Below the pieces are notes generated by a model. That model saw nothing but the letters and a program-made list of their open reading frames with translations, was not told the DNA's origin and searched no databases. Shown here in pieces: positions 43,245 through 55,733 of a DNA stretch of 64,000 nucleotides (the first letter of the stretch is position 1; each line of letters begins with the position of its first letter). The DNA comes from Moniliella sp. 'wahieum'. Lineage: Eukaryota. Location of the stretch: assembly GCA_003971905.1 (NCBI GenBank), contig RSEE01000044.1, positions 434,001-498,000 of the forward strand, given 5' to 3'. The position numbers and the translations under genes were made by a program.

Positions 43245-43869
43245 CGCGTCGGGCAACTGCGTGACCCACGCTGGATTGATGGGGGAGAGGTCTGGAGTGG
43301 TGGCACTGGAAACAGGCAGACGTGAGCTCGGCAGGCTGAACGGCGTAGCGCGCAAGCGGGGCCGCAGTTGCCGCGGCAGTCGCTTTGTGTCGGTCGCCAG
43401 TTTTGCTAGCGCAGGAGCTGTGTGGCGGGCAGCGCGGTGGGCGGAAATCAAAAACGCGACGTCACGCTGTCCCGCGTCACGCATCACGTGCAACAATCGA
43501 ACATTTGAATTTCACAGCGAGTGCGATCGCTGATCACCGATCTGCGCATCGGTGTACCAGCGCTCAGGCTGCGAAAGACAGTTCAATGAGGAGCCATGCA
43601 ATACCCCCCCCCCCCAGACTCACTGACCTCACCACTCTTCTTTCCTGCCGCCCCATTGGAATTCAGACTGAAGGTCTCTTTCCAAGCACACACTTGCAGA
43701 CCTGAATCATCATCGATCGATCCAGATCTCAGATCTCAGAGCGAAGCAACTGGGCGTGCGGGGTTGCAACCGCGGAATCGGCGGAATGATTGGATAGCAC
43801 AGGGCGCCACGTCCAAACTGCCCGCTTAGCTTGGGGAGCTTGCTTGCGATCCCCCATCTAACCTCGGCG

Positions 43870-44789
43870 ATGACCACGTCCGATCCCCAATCTTCGACCC
43901 CCATCAAAGTCTCGCGCTTCGCTGCTGCGCGACTACTATGGGCTGTCTCCATTCCCACTCCCCTTCCTCCGCCCGCGCCTTCAGAGCCTGCCTTTGACGC
44001 CGACAAGGAGTACCGCAAGCTCCTCGTTGCCGCCATTACTCCAGCCGCGTCATCATCCGGCTCTGAACCAGTGCATGCCATCCCCCGGCCTGCTCAAGCA
44101 CGAGGCACAGCTCCTGGGACAGATACGGGAGCTAGATGGCGAACGTCAATCCCTCGTTTACAATCACCACCATGAGCTCATTGCTGCCAGTGAGACGATC
44201 AAAAGGTCGGTCCCCATTCCGTGTAGCTCGTCTTTCCATCAGACTGACCTTCTCGTCGTCCCCTTCAGATGAACCAAAAGCGTAACCTTGGATTCGTCTC
44301 TTGCCTCGCTTAAAGACTCGTTCCAGTCCATCGCCCAGCTTTCTGCCCCCTGTACCAACCCCACAGGGACACTTTCCTCGCCCAAGAGGACGCTCAAAGT
44401 CGCTGTGCCCTCCCTCGACGGTGGATCCGACCGGGTGGTTTCCTTGACACCCGATCAACAAGACGAGTTGCAACTTATTGTTTCCCTCCCTGAGCGACTG
44501 CGTGAGGTGATCGCAGCCGAGACTCATTCCCCCCAAAGGCCACTCTCCGAATCGGTCTCCTCTTCTGACGGGATCCAGGCGGCGGCCAAGTTCTCCGCTG
44601 CCATTGACGCCGCGGAACAGATTCTCAAGCGGGACGAGCCTGTGGCATCCATGGTCACTGGCCGGCAATGAAGACGCGGGCCGGATCCTGGCTGAGGCTC
44701 AACTCATTTTGCGCAATGCGCGCGAGCTGCAACGCCAATCATTGGGAACCTTAATTGCTTGCTTTCGTCTCATTCGCCCAGTTTCTTGA
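43870..44789 (+). CDS. VPS51: Vps51/Vps67-domain protein (GARP subunit-like)
   Basis: AFDADKEYRKL..LLKHEAQLLGQIRELDGERQSLVYNHHHELIAASETIK. Intron at ~44206-44268. Confidence 0.78.
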
Positions 44790-45239
44790 ATGCATACGTT
44801 AGCACTCCACATATGACGTTCCCCCCGCCTTATCCCGGGAGTGGCTAGGTGCCTACTTCCTATCCTCTATGTGGTCCCACCAATAGGAACCGAGAGGGTG
44901 CATCAAATACTGCATCATCTCCCCCCCCTCCGTCTGCTGAATATATAGACGAGGAGACCACCGGGCCTACGGCCCGGTCAGCTGGTTGCAGTCACATCAG
45001 AGCACCGCAACGCCGTTGGACGCCGGGAGAAGGAGCTGTTTCGGCTGCTGGAAGAAGCAGAATGCGACAAGGACGCCAAGTACCAGGAACACCCCCCAAG
45101 AACCGTTTCCCCCCTGGTTTTGACGACGCGAGGATACTATATGCCACCAATAAAGCGGAAAGATGCTTGGGCACTGGAAGGATTTGACTATACTGACTCT
45201 CAGATCTCAATGAGATGGTTCACCCGTCGGATGTCTACC

Positions 45240-45447
45240 ACGTTCATCCGTATGTGTCCACACGCGCTTCCTCGGTTGGGAACGGATGGCGGGACCAGAG
45301 GGTCCTGATCGATGATCTCCTGGCGTCCCCTGGTTCCTTAAGCGTGGTTGGCGCTATCATATATCAAGCTCAAGTAGCACACGCAAGATGAACGGTCGGT
45401 TCCGCAGCGCTTCTTTGTCCCAGCCTTAAGCTCTGTCAATGATATGG
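45240..45447. repeat. dispersed ~200-bp repeat, copy 2 (copy 1 at 30909-31106)
   Basis: Same blocks as copy 1, same orientation, with small indels. Confidence 0.9.
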
Positions 45448-46371
45448 TTACAGTATAGAGATGTGCCGTCCACAGTGTACGGCACAAAAGCACCACTGGT
45501 GAGTTACTATTTGTGATCGCGTTGAAGGTGTCCATTGTGTGCAGTAACCCTAAGGCGCTGATGATTAGAATCGCGAGGGAAGAAGCGCTATTAGGATCGG
45601 GACGCTGCTATGAGTGTACGCGCAGCGCTTGAGAGATGGAGGCTCTTTCGGTCGTATTAACCAGTCTTTCCATATACAGGCACGCATAGCTTTCCTACTT
45701 ACAAGGGGCATGATGCATGATCGTGATCCCCGTGGTGTGCTGCCTCGTACGTAAGTGCGCGGCTGAGCGGTAGAGCACACTGGAAGCACTCTCTGCTTCC
45801 CCCAATAATCCGCTCACAAGTATCGAACGCTACAGGGCCTGGTAGTCAGCGCAGCCAGCCAGCCAGCCATCGTCGCGTCATATTCATACAGGAGTGTTCC
45901 GGCCGTGGCGGCGGGAAAAATTTAATCCAACAGGCACCTGCCTAGTCAAGCTTCAAGCTTCAAGTGACTGGTGACTGCACTGAGGGTACGGAGGTACTGA
46001 GTTAGTACTGAGGTACTGAGAGAAGTACTGAATAATACTCACCGACTGAGAGTGAGTCCAGTCCGAAGCATCGATCAGTACACTTCGCCGTGGTCTCAGT
46101 GCTGGCTGAGTGGCGGCAGGGTGGCAGCAGGCGCAGGTAGCGCTTTGTATGGTAAGTAAACAGTCGAGTTGCGTATGGGTCTGGAACGTGGGAGTAGGTA
46201 GCTCTGGGGGCCGCAGTTGTGCGCTGGCGCCAACTAGGCTGGCTGCTGACTGTGACTTTGTTTGCTCAGAGTGAGTTTTTCTCTATCACACCCCCTATTT
46301 GTTATTCTGCACCATCACCCCCCACCACTACTACCCCCACCCCCCCACCACCACCTCTTCCTGCTCCTCTC

Positions 46372-47412
46372 ATGTCTGCTGTCGCAAGCCTCAAGCCAAC
46401 CATTCTCGCCATTCTCCACGCCTCGGACCTAAGTTCGATCAGCACCAAGGAGGTGCGCTCCATTCTATTGAGCAATCCACTTTATGCGAAGCACGTCCCG
46501 GCATCTCTCTCCATTGACGGCGCCGACAGGCACCAGGTCAATCTCCTGATCAAAGCATGCTTTGCCGAGATCCAAGTCGCAGCAGCCATTGTTGCCGCGC
46601 CTCCGGCTAAGCGCGGGCGCAAGGTCAAGCGCGAAGAAGGGTGTCCGCAATTCCTTCTGTTATAAGCATCCACCGCTTTCTAAGTCACCTGCCATCCACT
46701 GGCTGATGTATTCTGTCCTACTGATTACTGATTGTGCTCATTTCCTTAATTGTTTCTCGCCAATTGCAGAAGGACCCGCGCCCAAAAACGCAAGCGTCCC
46801 CCTCCCACGCCTGAAGCCAAAGCCAAACGAGCGACTCATCCCAACAACGCGTTCAGTGCTCCCCTTACCCTCGATGAACCCTTGGCGGCCCTGTGCGAGG
46901 GCAACGATGTATGTGTCATTCAGGTTCCCGAACCTGTTTGCTGACCCCTTGCGTTCGTACTTGCAGATCCCTCGCTACGAGATCATTCGCCGGATTTGGA
47001 AGTACATCAAAGAGAACAATCTCCAAGACCCAGAACACAAACGCATCGTGAGTCGCAAGCTTGACTTCCCATTTTGTGATCCCATTGGTTGGTGTGCACC
47101 ATTCTGACCCTTTCTCCCTATTGCAGGTAATCTGTGACGCCAAGCTTCAAGCCATCATCCCACGTGACCGCATCGATTCGTTTGAGGTCGCCAAATACAT
47201 CGGTGCCATGTTACCCGCAAGCCCAAGGTTCGGCGAGCGCTACCCACTTCGCCCGCCCCACGTCGCCTAATACGGATGTGAAGGAGCCGGATGCAGAGTC
47301 GTCACAACCAACAGAGGGCTTGGATGTTGCCAAACCCAAAAACAGCCAAGACGCAAGCGCCGAGGCAGAGTCTGAAGAAGAAGAGAGTGACGAGATTGAA
47401 GACGACGAGTAA
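46372..47412 (+). CDS. DEK-C + SWIB/MDM2 domain protein (UAF30/TRI1-like)
   Basis: ILAILHASDLSSISTKEVR (DEK-C); LDEPLAALC..PRYEIIRRIWKYIKENNLQDP..ICDAKLQAI..IDSFEVAKYI (SWIB); acidic tail. Three introns. Confidence 0.85.
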
Positions 47413-48233
47413 CGGGGTGACTAGCGACTGAACGAATTCTACTTTGATCCGGTTTGGCCTATCTGTTTTGTCTGCCTTGCCATGTTTTTGGCACACGACA
47501 CGCACTCCCCAACGGCACCGCGCTCTTGGCACTCTCATGCTTCTGTTTGAAGGGTTCTACAATTCTCACATCCCCAGTTCTGATTCTCAGCCCCTGATGG
47601 CAACTCCAGTTTCTCGTTTTCCTATCAGCTTCAAGCCTCAATCCACACTAAAACATCCCCAAAGCTACGCGATCAACCCAACATCAATGCTCTCAGCGGT
47701 CTCAGTATGCTCAACTTCAGCTGGAGCTGGAGCATGGGAGCATCAGTTTCATCAGGCTGGTCGGGGGCGGGGAGAAGGGGTAGTTGGGCTCTCGTGACAT
47801 GTGACGAAGGAGAGCTGTTACGTCGAGGGCTTATTAACACGCCACCCCCATCAAGATTGAAGGTTCATTCTTTCAATATCGAGTCCAGGAAATACATGCA
47901 TGTGTCCGGCCGACATGGTGCTGTGACGTCCAAGTTACGCCAAATATAGATAGGTGGTAACCATAGCATCACTCATCCGGCTACCATCGCTGTTCTTGAG
48001 CTACGTACGCAAATCAAGGGTGCTTAGAGAGACCATGCCAATCCGTATACGCTACGGTAGTTTTAGGACTGAGCAAGAAGCAGGCTAGGTGAGCCCACCC
48101 GTCTTGCGGCGGGGCTGGTGCCAGGGACACCAAATGGGACAAGAAGTCCCAGAGGAAGGGGAAGGCATATGGGCGAGGTGTAACGATGCGATCTCCAAGA
48201 GGATGGTGAAAGCGACAAGAATATTCGCCTGAT

Positions 48234-48812
48234 TTACTCGTCGTCTTGGACGATAGTCCCCTTGGCCGAGACGTAGAGACCGTCCAAAAATTTACGGATA
48301 TCCTTGTTGCGGACGAGGCAAGCACCGTGCATGTCGGCGGCCGACTGGGAAACAGCGTTGATGTCGTTGCCCTCGATCAACACCTGGTCCTTCTGCGCCT
48401 TGTCCTCCGTGATGGTCACGCCCTCACGCATGGGGACGTGGCGCACACGCTTCTCACCAAGGAAGTTGCGGATCTCCACCGCACGCTTGTCACCGGCAAT
48501 GATGAGGTTGACGGGGAAATGGGCGTACACGGCGCGCACCTTGTACTGGAAACCCTTGTCACACCCTTGATCATGTTGGCCACAACCGAGGCAGCAGTGC
48601 GGAGGCAAGCAACGTGCTTGCGGCCACCATGCCAAACAACAAAGCGAACCTTAGTGTTCTTGGCGTCCTTAACCAGACGGATCTCCATGTTAAGGTGCTT
48701 GAGCGACTTGCTCAACTCGCCACGAGGGCCTTTGACCCCACGTCGCGCGAAGCCACCTTCACCTCACATCGGCTGGGACGGGAATCTCAATGTCCTTGTA
48801 AATTTGCAGCAT
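48234..48812 (-). CDS. RPL9: 60S ribosomal protein L9 (uL6); 5'UTR intron 48824-49109
   Basis: MLQIYKDIEIPVP, VKGPRGEL, WHGGRKHVACLRT, YAHFPVN, EIRNFLGEK, KDIRKFLDGLYVS. Confidence 0.96.
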
Positions 48813-49468
48813 GGCAATTGAGTCTGGAGGAAGGACAGTCAGCATCGGCTCGGCCACATTGCACAAAGGGTAGAGGCGAGGGAGGTATAGGAAGGGCATC
48901 CATCCCGGCGTTTGACGCCAGGGCATAGCCCCCTTTCTCGGCCCCAAACGTCAAGGTCACCTGCCGACCACACCACTGCACTGGTGTAGGTGGAGCCAAG
49001 AGGACAGGCGACCGACAAATGGGGCAATAGGACGAACTCAGCGGGGCCCGATAGCCCCGCGAACGGCCGTCCCCCGCCCAAAGTCGCATGCTGTGGGGTG
49101 TATGCTCACCTTGAGGCCGACGTTGGTGTTGTCACGAGTTGGACAAACCTGCCGCATGACAACCACGGCCAGGACTGGGGGAATTGGGGCACACTGCCAA
49201 CTGCGAGAAAACAAGTCGAGGGGCACCAGGGCAGTTGAGCGGTTGGCTAGGGCGCAATAAAACGCGCGCGCGCCGCCATAGGGTTCCTCACTCGGTGTCA
49301 ACTGCGAATTGAAACTTAGACCTTCCGTTCAACTGCATGTGACATGCAAGGTGCCGTTTGCGTCCAATCTTCCGCCGAGGCAGTTCCGCGCCCTGAAAAA
49401 TTGGCTTCTTGTGCGCGGCTCCTGCGATGGCTCTGGCGCGGCACCCTTGCTCTGCTCGCCTCACCGCC

Positions 49469-50354
49469 ATGCTTGCCACCGGCTCCACTGCACAGTCCTG
49501 GCTCCAGCCCGCCGGCGTCCCGAGCACATTGAGACGCTCATAACTCGGTCGACCGCTACAACCCCCAGAACCTGGACGTCCTGCAGGCTTACATTAGCCA
49601 GCAGGTCCAAGAAGGCTTTACGATGGCCTCGCCAACTTGGCCACTCTCAAACTGTATGTCGCTGCAACCGCTCCTCTGTGGTGTGTCCGGCAGCTGTACT
49701 AACCCCGGGATGGGTGCAGGTACCAGTTCAACCCGTCTGTATACAACCACGACGTGGTGATCAACATTCTCATCAAAGCCTCTTGGCACTGCCGTACCCG
49801 GACTTCAAGCTCTCTGGCCCTGCTCGGTGAGGCCCCCATTGCGATGGACCCGAGCCATGTTAATCCCAAGGCTGCTCGTGCCTCCGAGACGCCGCTGAAA
49901 CCACCGCACCGACACTCGCTTCCGTGGCGCAGGTGCCGCCTTCCTACTTGGCTGGTAACATCAAGGAGCCTGTGATCAGCGGCTGGCACAGCTGCAGATT
50001 CTGTTGCAAACGCGCGTTTCGTTCAGTTTTGGGAGGCATACAAGAGCGCAGAGAGCGCCGACACACGGGTACTTGGACAAAGTACCCAGTTTCACCAGCG
50101 ATGTGCACCGGATTGTGTTGGACACGGTGGCACTCGCTTTCAAGCGCATTTCGGTTCCGCGTCTGGCTCGCTATCTGGACGTGGAGCCTTCGACACTGCC
50201 TGCGCTGATGGAGAAGCACGAAGGGTGGACAGTTAACGGCGAATACGTGTGATCCCAGCAACGTTGACACGGAGATCAAGGCCTGACGGTCAACGAGCAG
50301 ATTCAGCTGGAGCAGCTGCACAAGTTGCTTGTCAGGCCCAGCCGGCGCCTCTGA
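49469..50354 (+). CDS. eukaryotic translation initiation factor 3 subunit K
   Basis: RPEHIETLI..VDRYNPQN, NLATLKL-intron-YQFNP, ILIK..LPYPDFKL, VALAFKRISVPRLARYL, EQIQLEQL. Confidence 0.88.
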
Positions 50355-50704
50355 CCGGGTCGGTGTAAGAGCGTACATGATGCATGACTTTCTCTGTATT
50401 GTACCCGATGCGAGCTGGGATGCGTGGGTGGGGATTGGAAAGGAAATAGTAGCAAGGCGGGGCGAGACAGGATTGGCCGAGAACGGAATGGGAGTTTCGC
50501 CGAAAATGACGGAGTGCGGGCGGCGCAGCAACACGCCAGTGTGCCTGTGACTAGTCGCTTGCCTTTCAGACGTCGGACGTAACAGGTTCCCGTGCATCCG
50601 AGCCGCGTCACCGCCGCGTCACTGCCACCTCTGACCTCGTCCCACGCTGTTTTTTTCGTGCCCAGTGGATTCAGCGCTTCGCCTGCCCGGTGGCCCCGCC
50701 CGTC

Positions 50705-53400
50705 ATGACCCCATGCCCCCGCTGGCTGGTACCGACGCCTCGGCTACCACTCCACCCGCACCCACTGCCGCCCGCAGCCGCGCGTCGGGCAAGGGCCCCA
50801 CGCGCACCCGTCGCTGCGGCGCAACCAAGCATGCCTGTCGTGCCGCAAGCGCAAGCTCAAGTGCGATGCCCAGCGCCCCGTTTGCGGAACCTGCGCCCGC
50901 AGCCGCGAGGCGGCGACGCTGAGCCAGTACACCAGCCCTGTGCCGTTGGCGATTGCGTCTACCCCGATCTCGAGGTCGCTCTGCCGAAGGACCTGACCAC
51001 ACCCTCCCTCCGCCTTCCGTTCGTCCTCGGCTCGTACACGCCGCCTCCCGTCCACCACCGACGTCGTCCCGGCCACAGCCCGCGCGCGCTCGTAAGCGTC
51101 CCAGCCAGGATACCGAGTCTGCCGACGTGGGGAGCTGCGGGCGACTATCGCGCGGCTGGAAATGCTCTTGCCGAGTCCCGCGAGACGATCAAAGCTCAGC
51201 AAGAGGCGGCACAGTCGACTGGTTCTGCATCGCAGACGGTTTCAGCCGGTGTCCCAGTTCCTGGCTCTGATCTAATGCGTCCGTTCAGCAATGATGGTGG
51301 CATTCCTCTCGGTTACCCACTCCCAATTCGGACTTGAGCCAAGATCTTCTGCATGATCGATCCACAAGCCACACCCCTCCACTCATCAGTTGGGCTGGGA
51401 ATGGGTTGACCCTCTCCTGTCCCTCCCTAATCCTGTGTATCCCCTCGCGAACAAACAGGTTGGGCGGGGCCGAAGGTACTCCGGGCATTTTGGGCAATCT
51501 CTCCGCCATCCCAGCCGCCCAACCGTCCCCAACCGTGGGCGGGCTTTGGTGCCGATGACTTCAACGCCATTGCTGCCATAATGCTTGGACAATGGCCTAT
51601 GATTCCTCTTCCCATTCTGGTCTCGTAGAGTTGCCCCAACTACCGTCGGCTACCGACCTTACCGCTTCGACGCCCTCGTGAGCAACGATCGGGGAATTGC
51701 CCCACAACTTGACGGCACTTCTCTGGATCCGGAAAAAATCACCGAAATCCTGTGGCCTGGCTGGCCCACGGACCTGCCTCCACCTGAAACCGTGTTCACA
51801 TTAGTCGATGTCTTTTTCGCGTTCCATCCGCTACGGATCATGATTGAAGAGGCAGACTTCAAACGACGACTTCATCTTTCACCTGACTCACCCCATTGGG
51901 TCGATAAGGGCCTCCTCCACGCCATTATTGCAGCTGCTGCCCCCTGTCAGGATTGTTCCGTCCCGGTATCGAACCCCCCGGCGTGCATCTCGATTCAGTC
52001 CTCGAACTCCAATTCTGATCAGATGTCTAAACCGAAGACGTGGTTGTCTCTCGGGCCGCTCCACCCCTTTCGTCAGGCGAACACGGGCAAGACATGCGTC
52101 TCCTTCTCGGATTTCCACCTATACAGCTCGCAAGAACACGTTTCCCGTGAAATCTCAGCGGGGCCTGCGCCGAGCAATAGGCCCATCGAGTGGATGCAAG
52201 CTCTCACCATTGTGACTGAGATACTCTTTAATCGAACCCGAACGGTGGAGACTTTCCTTATGTGTGGGCTCCTGGCTAAATCGTTGGGCCCTGTGGCTTG
52301 CTCAAGTTTAATCCCCGCGCACCTAACCTGCCCCCGGCACCTGCATGTTTTTGCTTCCCTGCACGTCTCCAGTTGAAGAGGAGGTGCGACGACGGACATT
52401 CTGGTGCGCCTACATGACCGAAGCTTGGCATAGCAACTCTGGCTTTTATTGGTCTTCCTCCATCAACGATGCAGCTGTTACCACTGTCTCCCATTTGCTT
52501 CGACCGAGACAGAGCCCCAGACATTGTCCACGCCCGACGATGCTGTTTAGTACAGGCCACACGGACGACTTTACACTGCACATCAAATCGATGATTCTCT
52601 TTAAGCGGGTTCGCGCTTTCTCCGAGCCTCGGCCACAAACACGGATGACACTGGAGTTTGCCCATCGCATGGGTGCAATTGACCAGGCACTCCATCTTTT
52701 CCTTAACCACTGCCCGCATCCCACGGATACCGCCTGCTTAGATCTTCTCTGCGCCCGCTTCTGTGCCTTGGCGCGTTGGCCGCTCTGCATGAACCCTTTG
52801 TCGACTTTGACAAGACACATGCATATCCATTCCAGCAAATCCAACGTGCAATTGACGACACATCGAGCTCGTGGACCTGATTCGTGCCTCTGGCGTTGAC
52901 CCTGCTCATCTCCCTGGGCGGGCACTGTTCACGTTCAATGTACGCCTATCCTTCACTTTGTGCGCTGAGCTGCGACGGGATGCTGACCTATTCACGTTTC
53001 CAGACAACCGCCAAGCTCTTGGCCGAGCACTTGAGCCACATTCGTCACACAGGGAGCCGTACGCCCGGCCTGATCGTACGAAGGGAACATTTGCTTATCG
53101 ACTTTAACAAGCTCCTTTTGGTCATTCGAGACATTAACTCTACCGGCACCAACTTCGCCCAAGAAGCGTATACGCGCTTGGCCGAGCTACAGCGATGCAA
53201 GTTCGACCATGCTGCTGTTGAGCGGCACCACTACACTGTTCAGCGGGAGCAAGAAGGCTCCTCCCGCGTGCAGTCGGTGTGATCGTAACGGTGGCCCAGA
53301 CACGACTCGCCACTCCCCGCTCACCGTGAACGAGTCGAACCGTCAACGTGCCAACACATCCTCTTCCTATCCCTCATCCCTCCGTCGGCTTTTCCTATCT
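50705..53400 (+). CDS. Zn(II)2Cys6 fungal transcription factor with middle homology region
   Basis: At 50820-50960 NQACLSCRKRKLKCDAQRPVCGTC...C; WPTDLPPPETVFTLVDVFF; LLHAIIAAA; EEEVRRRTFWCAY. 3' end uncertain. Confidence 0.87.
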
Positions 53401-55733
53401 CGTCACTAGTCGCTCCTCACTCCTCACTTGTTGTTCCCAGATTACTCATACCGTCCCAGTTTTTCCTCCTTTCGATTGTTGCATTCCCCACTCCCACCTC
53501 CCTGCTCTACCCTGAACCTCCGCACACATCCCTTCTATCTCACTGAATGGTGATCGATTATCGATTATTGTCGAACGGGTGGCTCATCTGCTTTGGCCAA
53601 GCTCCCTTCAGTCCCTCCTCAGGCCCGGGAGTTCGTTCTGTTGATTAATTGCTCATTTCTGTTTTCGTTTTGTTGCGCACCCTAGGCCCTGATGGTAGCG
53701 ACTGGCTGCTTGATGTTCCTCTGTAGGCGTTGTTGGTTGGTTTTGACCGCAAAACACTACCACTACTGCCATAGTTTGATGGCTGATCTCGCTCCCATTT
53801 CCAATTTCTTCGTCCCGAAGCGTCTCGCTCTTTCCCTACTGCTTCTTCCTCTAGCCACTTCGCACCATGTCCTCTGCTCTGCTTCTTCCCCACAGACCCG
53901 GCTAGCGTAGCTGTGATGCTAGCCCGTGTTCGTTGTTGCCTATCTCGGCATCCCGTCGAAGATTATCGATTAGCGCTAGCATTGAAGCTTGAAGATTGAC
54001 ATTGAATATTGACCCTTAGGCCTTAGGCCTTAAGAGCTTAAGGCCTAAGGTGTTGTTTGATGATTCGCCCATTCTCTAGACCCCCCTGGGGCCCATGTAT
54101 AGTTTCTTCACAAGCGCGCGCTGACTGGATCTCTCTCTCGTCTTGTGCTGAGCCGTTGGTGGCCTTCCCCCGCAACTCCCTGTGTGCATGTGAACGTTGA
54201 ACCCAACGTCACTGTGAAGGAACTGGTGCTGGACTGGACGTGAAGCAGCTGTTGGTCTGCGTAGCATGATGGGCGGCCGGATGGAGACGACTTGGTCAAG
54301 CAAATTACGTGCTCTTGGCGGCGTGCGGTCCACGCCGTGGCCTAACCGTGGCCTGTCTGCGCCGATCTGTCTGCAGCAGTGCAGTTGCAGCAGCGACGAT
54401 CGCATTCAAACGTTCAATTCACTCGACCAGTTCTGTTACTTCTGCGCTTGGCGTTTCAATTTCAGGTCCAGCTTCCGAGCCCGCAGGCCCAGCGCCAAGC
54501 GCGCCCGTTTGAAAGTTGAAGCCTTGTGAGCGCTGCGCTGGAATGCGCACGGAGGCAGTATGCTGTGCCACACCATGCCGGACCTGTGCTACACGCGCGG
54601 TCACGCCGGTCACCGGTCACCGGTCATGTATCATGCATCATGCATCATGTATCATGCTTCCATGCCCCACCCCGCTCGGCATGCAGCACTTGAAGATCGG
54701 TGGGGCGACACTGACGCAGTGCGTGCGCTTCTTTTGACCCGCGGGCCAGAAACGTGCGTTGCGAGCACGCTGGTGCACTGCTCCCACTCCCGCCTGAGTC
54801 TTCGCCGGACTCTGTGATCGGAGAGCCGGAAGTGAAAGTGCCAAGTCGCATGTCACAGTCACATGTCACATGTCACAAAGCTTGAAGCTTGAACAGCTTG
54901 AACCAAGGCCCCTCTGCCCACACACACCACAACAATGGCCGACAAAAACATAGCCACACCAACAAACGAGAGTGACTAGTGAACCTTTGTTCTTCCAGAG
55001 ACCAGAATGAGCAGCTCATCAACTGCTTTTTACGTGCCCAACTTGAAGCTTGAGAGCTTGAGGCTCAAGCATCATGATTAGCATAGGACTGAGGCGCACG
55101 AGTCACTAGCCAAACTGCAAGCGGTGTGCGCCTGCGCCTGCGCACTCCCGCTCTCTCCAGCGTCGAACCGCCACGAGGTACTAGCCCTAGCCAATGCAAA
55201 CTACGAATCTTCTGGGATCTGATGCGTGACGCATGATGCATGCATGATGTGTCATCGCTCTCGTGTCACATGCATGCCCCCAGTCTAGTCACGCGCCTGG
55301 AGCCGTGACATGCATGACAGCAAACCTCGCCTGGGCCTGACATGTGACATCCCGCTCACGTTGACGCTGAGCAGGGTTGCCGTTGCGCTCGAGTGGGCGC
55401 GCAGGCTGAGCTCAGGCTCAGCCTTCAACGAACGTGCAACGTTGAGTGGGTCAGCTACGCTGCTCGGAAACTTTCACCGCGCAAGTTTTGCATTTCTCGT
55501 TTCTTCTTCGCACAACCAGCAGCCCCGCCCCCCCCGTCCACCACTAATCCCTCGTCTTCCTGGTCCCCCGTCCCGGTCCAGGCTTTAAGCTTCCGTTTGC
55601 AGGCGCTTCATCGACCATCTAACCCTGCCTCGCCTGGCTGTGGCTACGCTCCACCGCTCGCTTCACCCTCACATTGACCCCTGCTCTTCTCTCCCTAGCC
55701 GCTGCTTCTCGCGAGCACGATCCAGGCCCCATC

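Noticed and set aside
49110..49157. Upstream ATG (MRQVCPTRDNTNVGLK) as the true RPL9 start
   Set aside because: After splicing it is out of frame with RPL9 as sequenced, and MLQIYKD at 48812 already matches the normal N-terminus. It could be a uORF but this cannot be supported.
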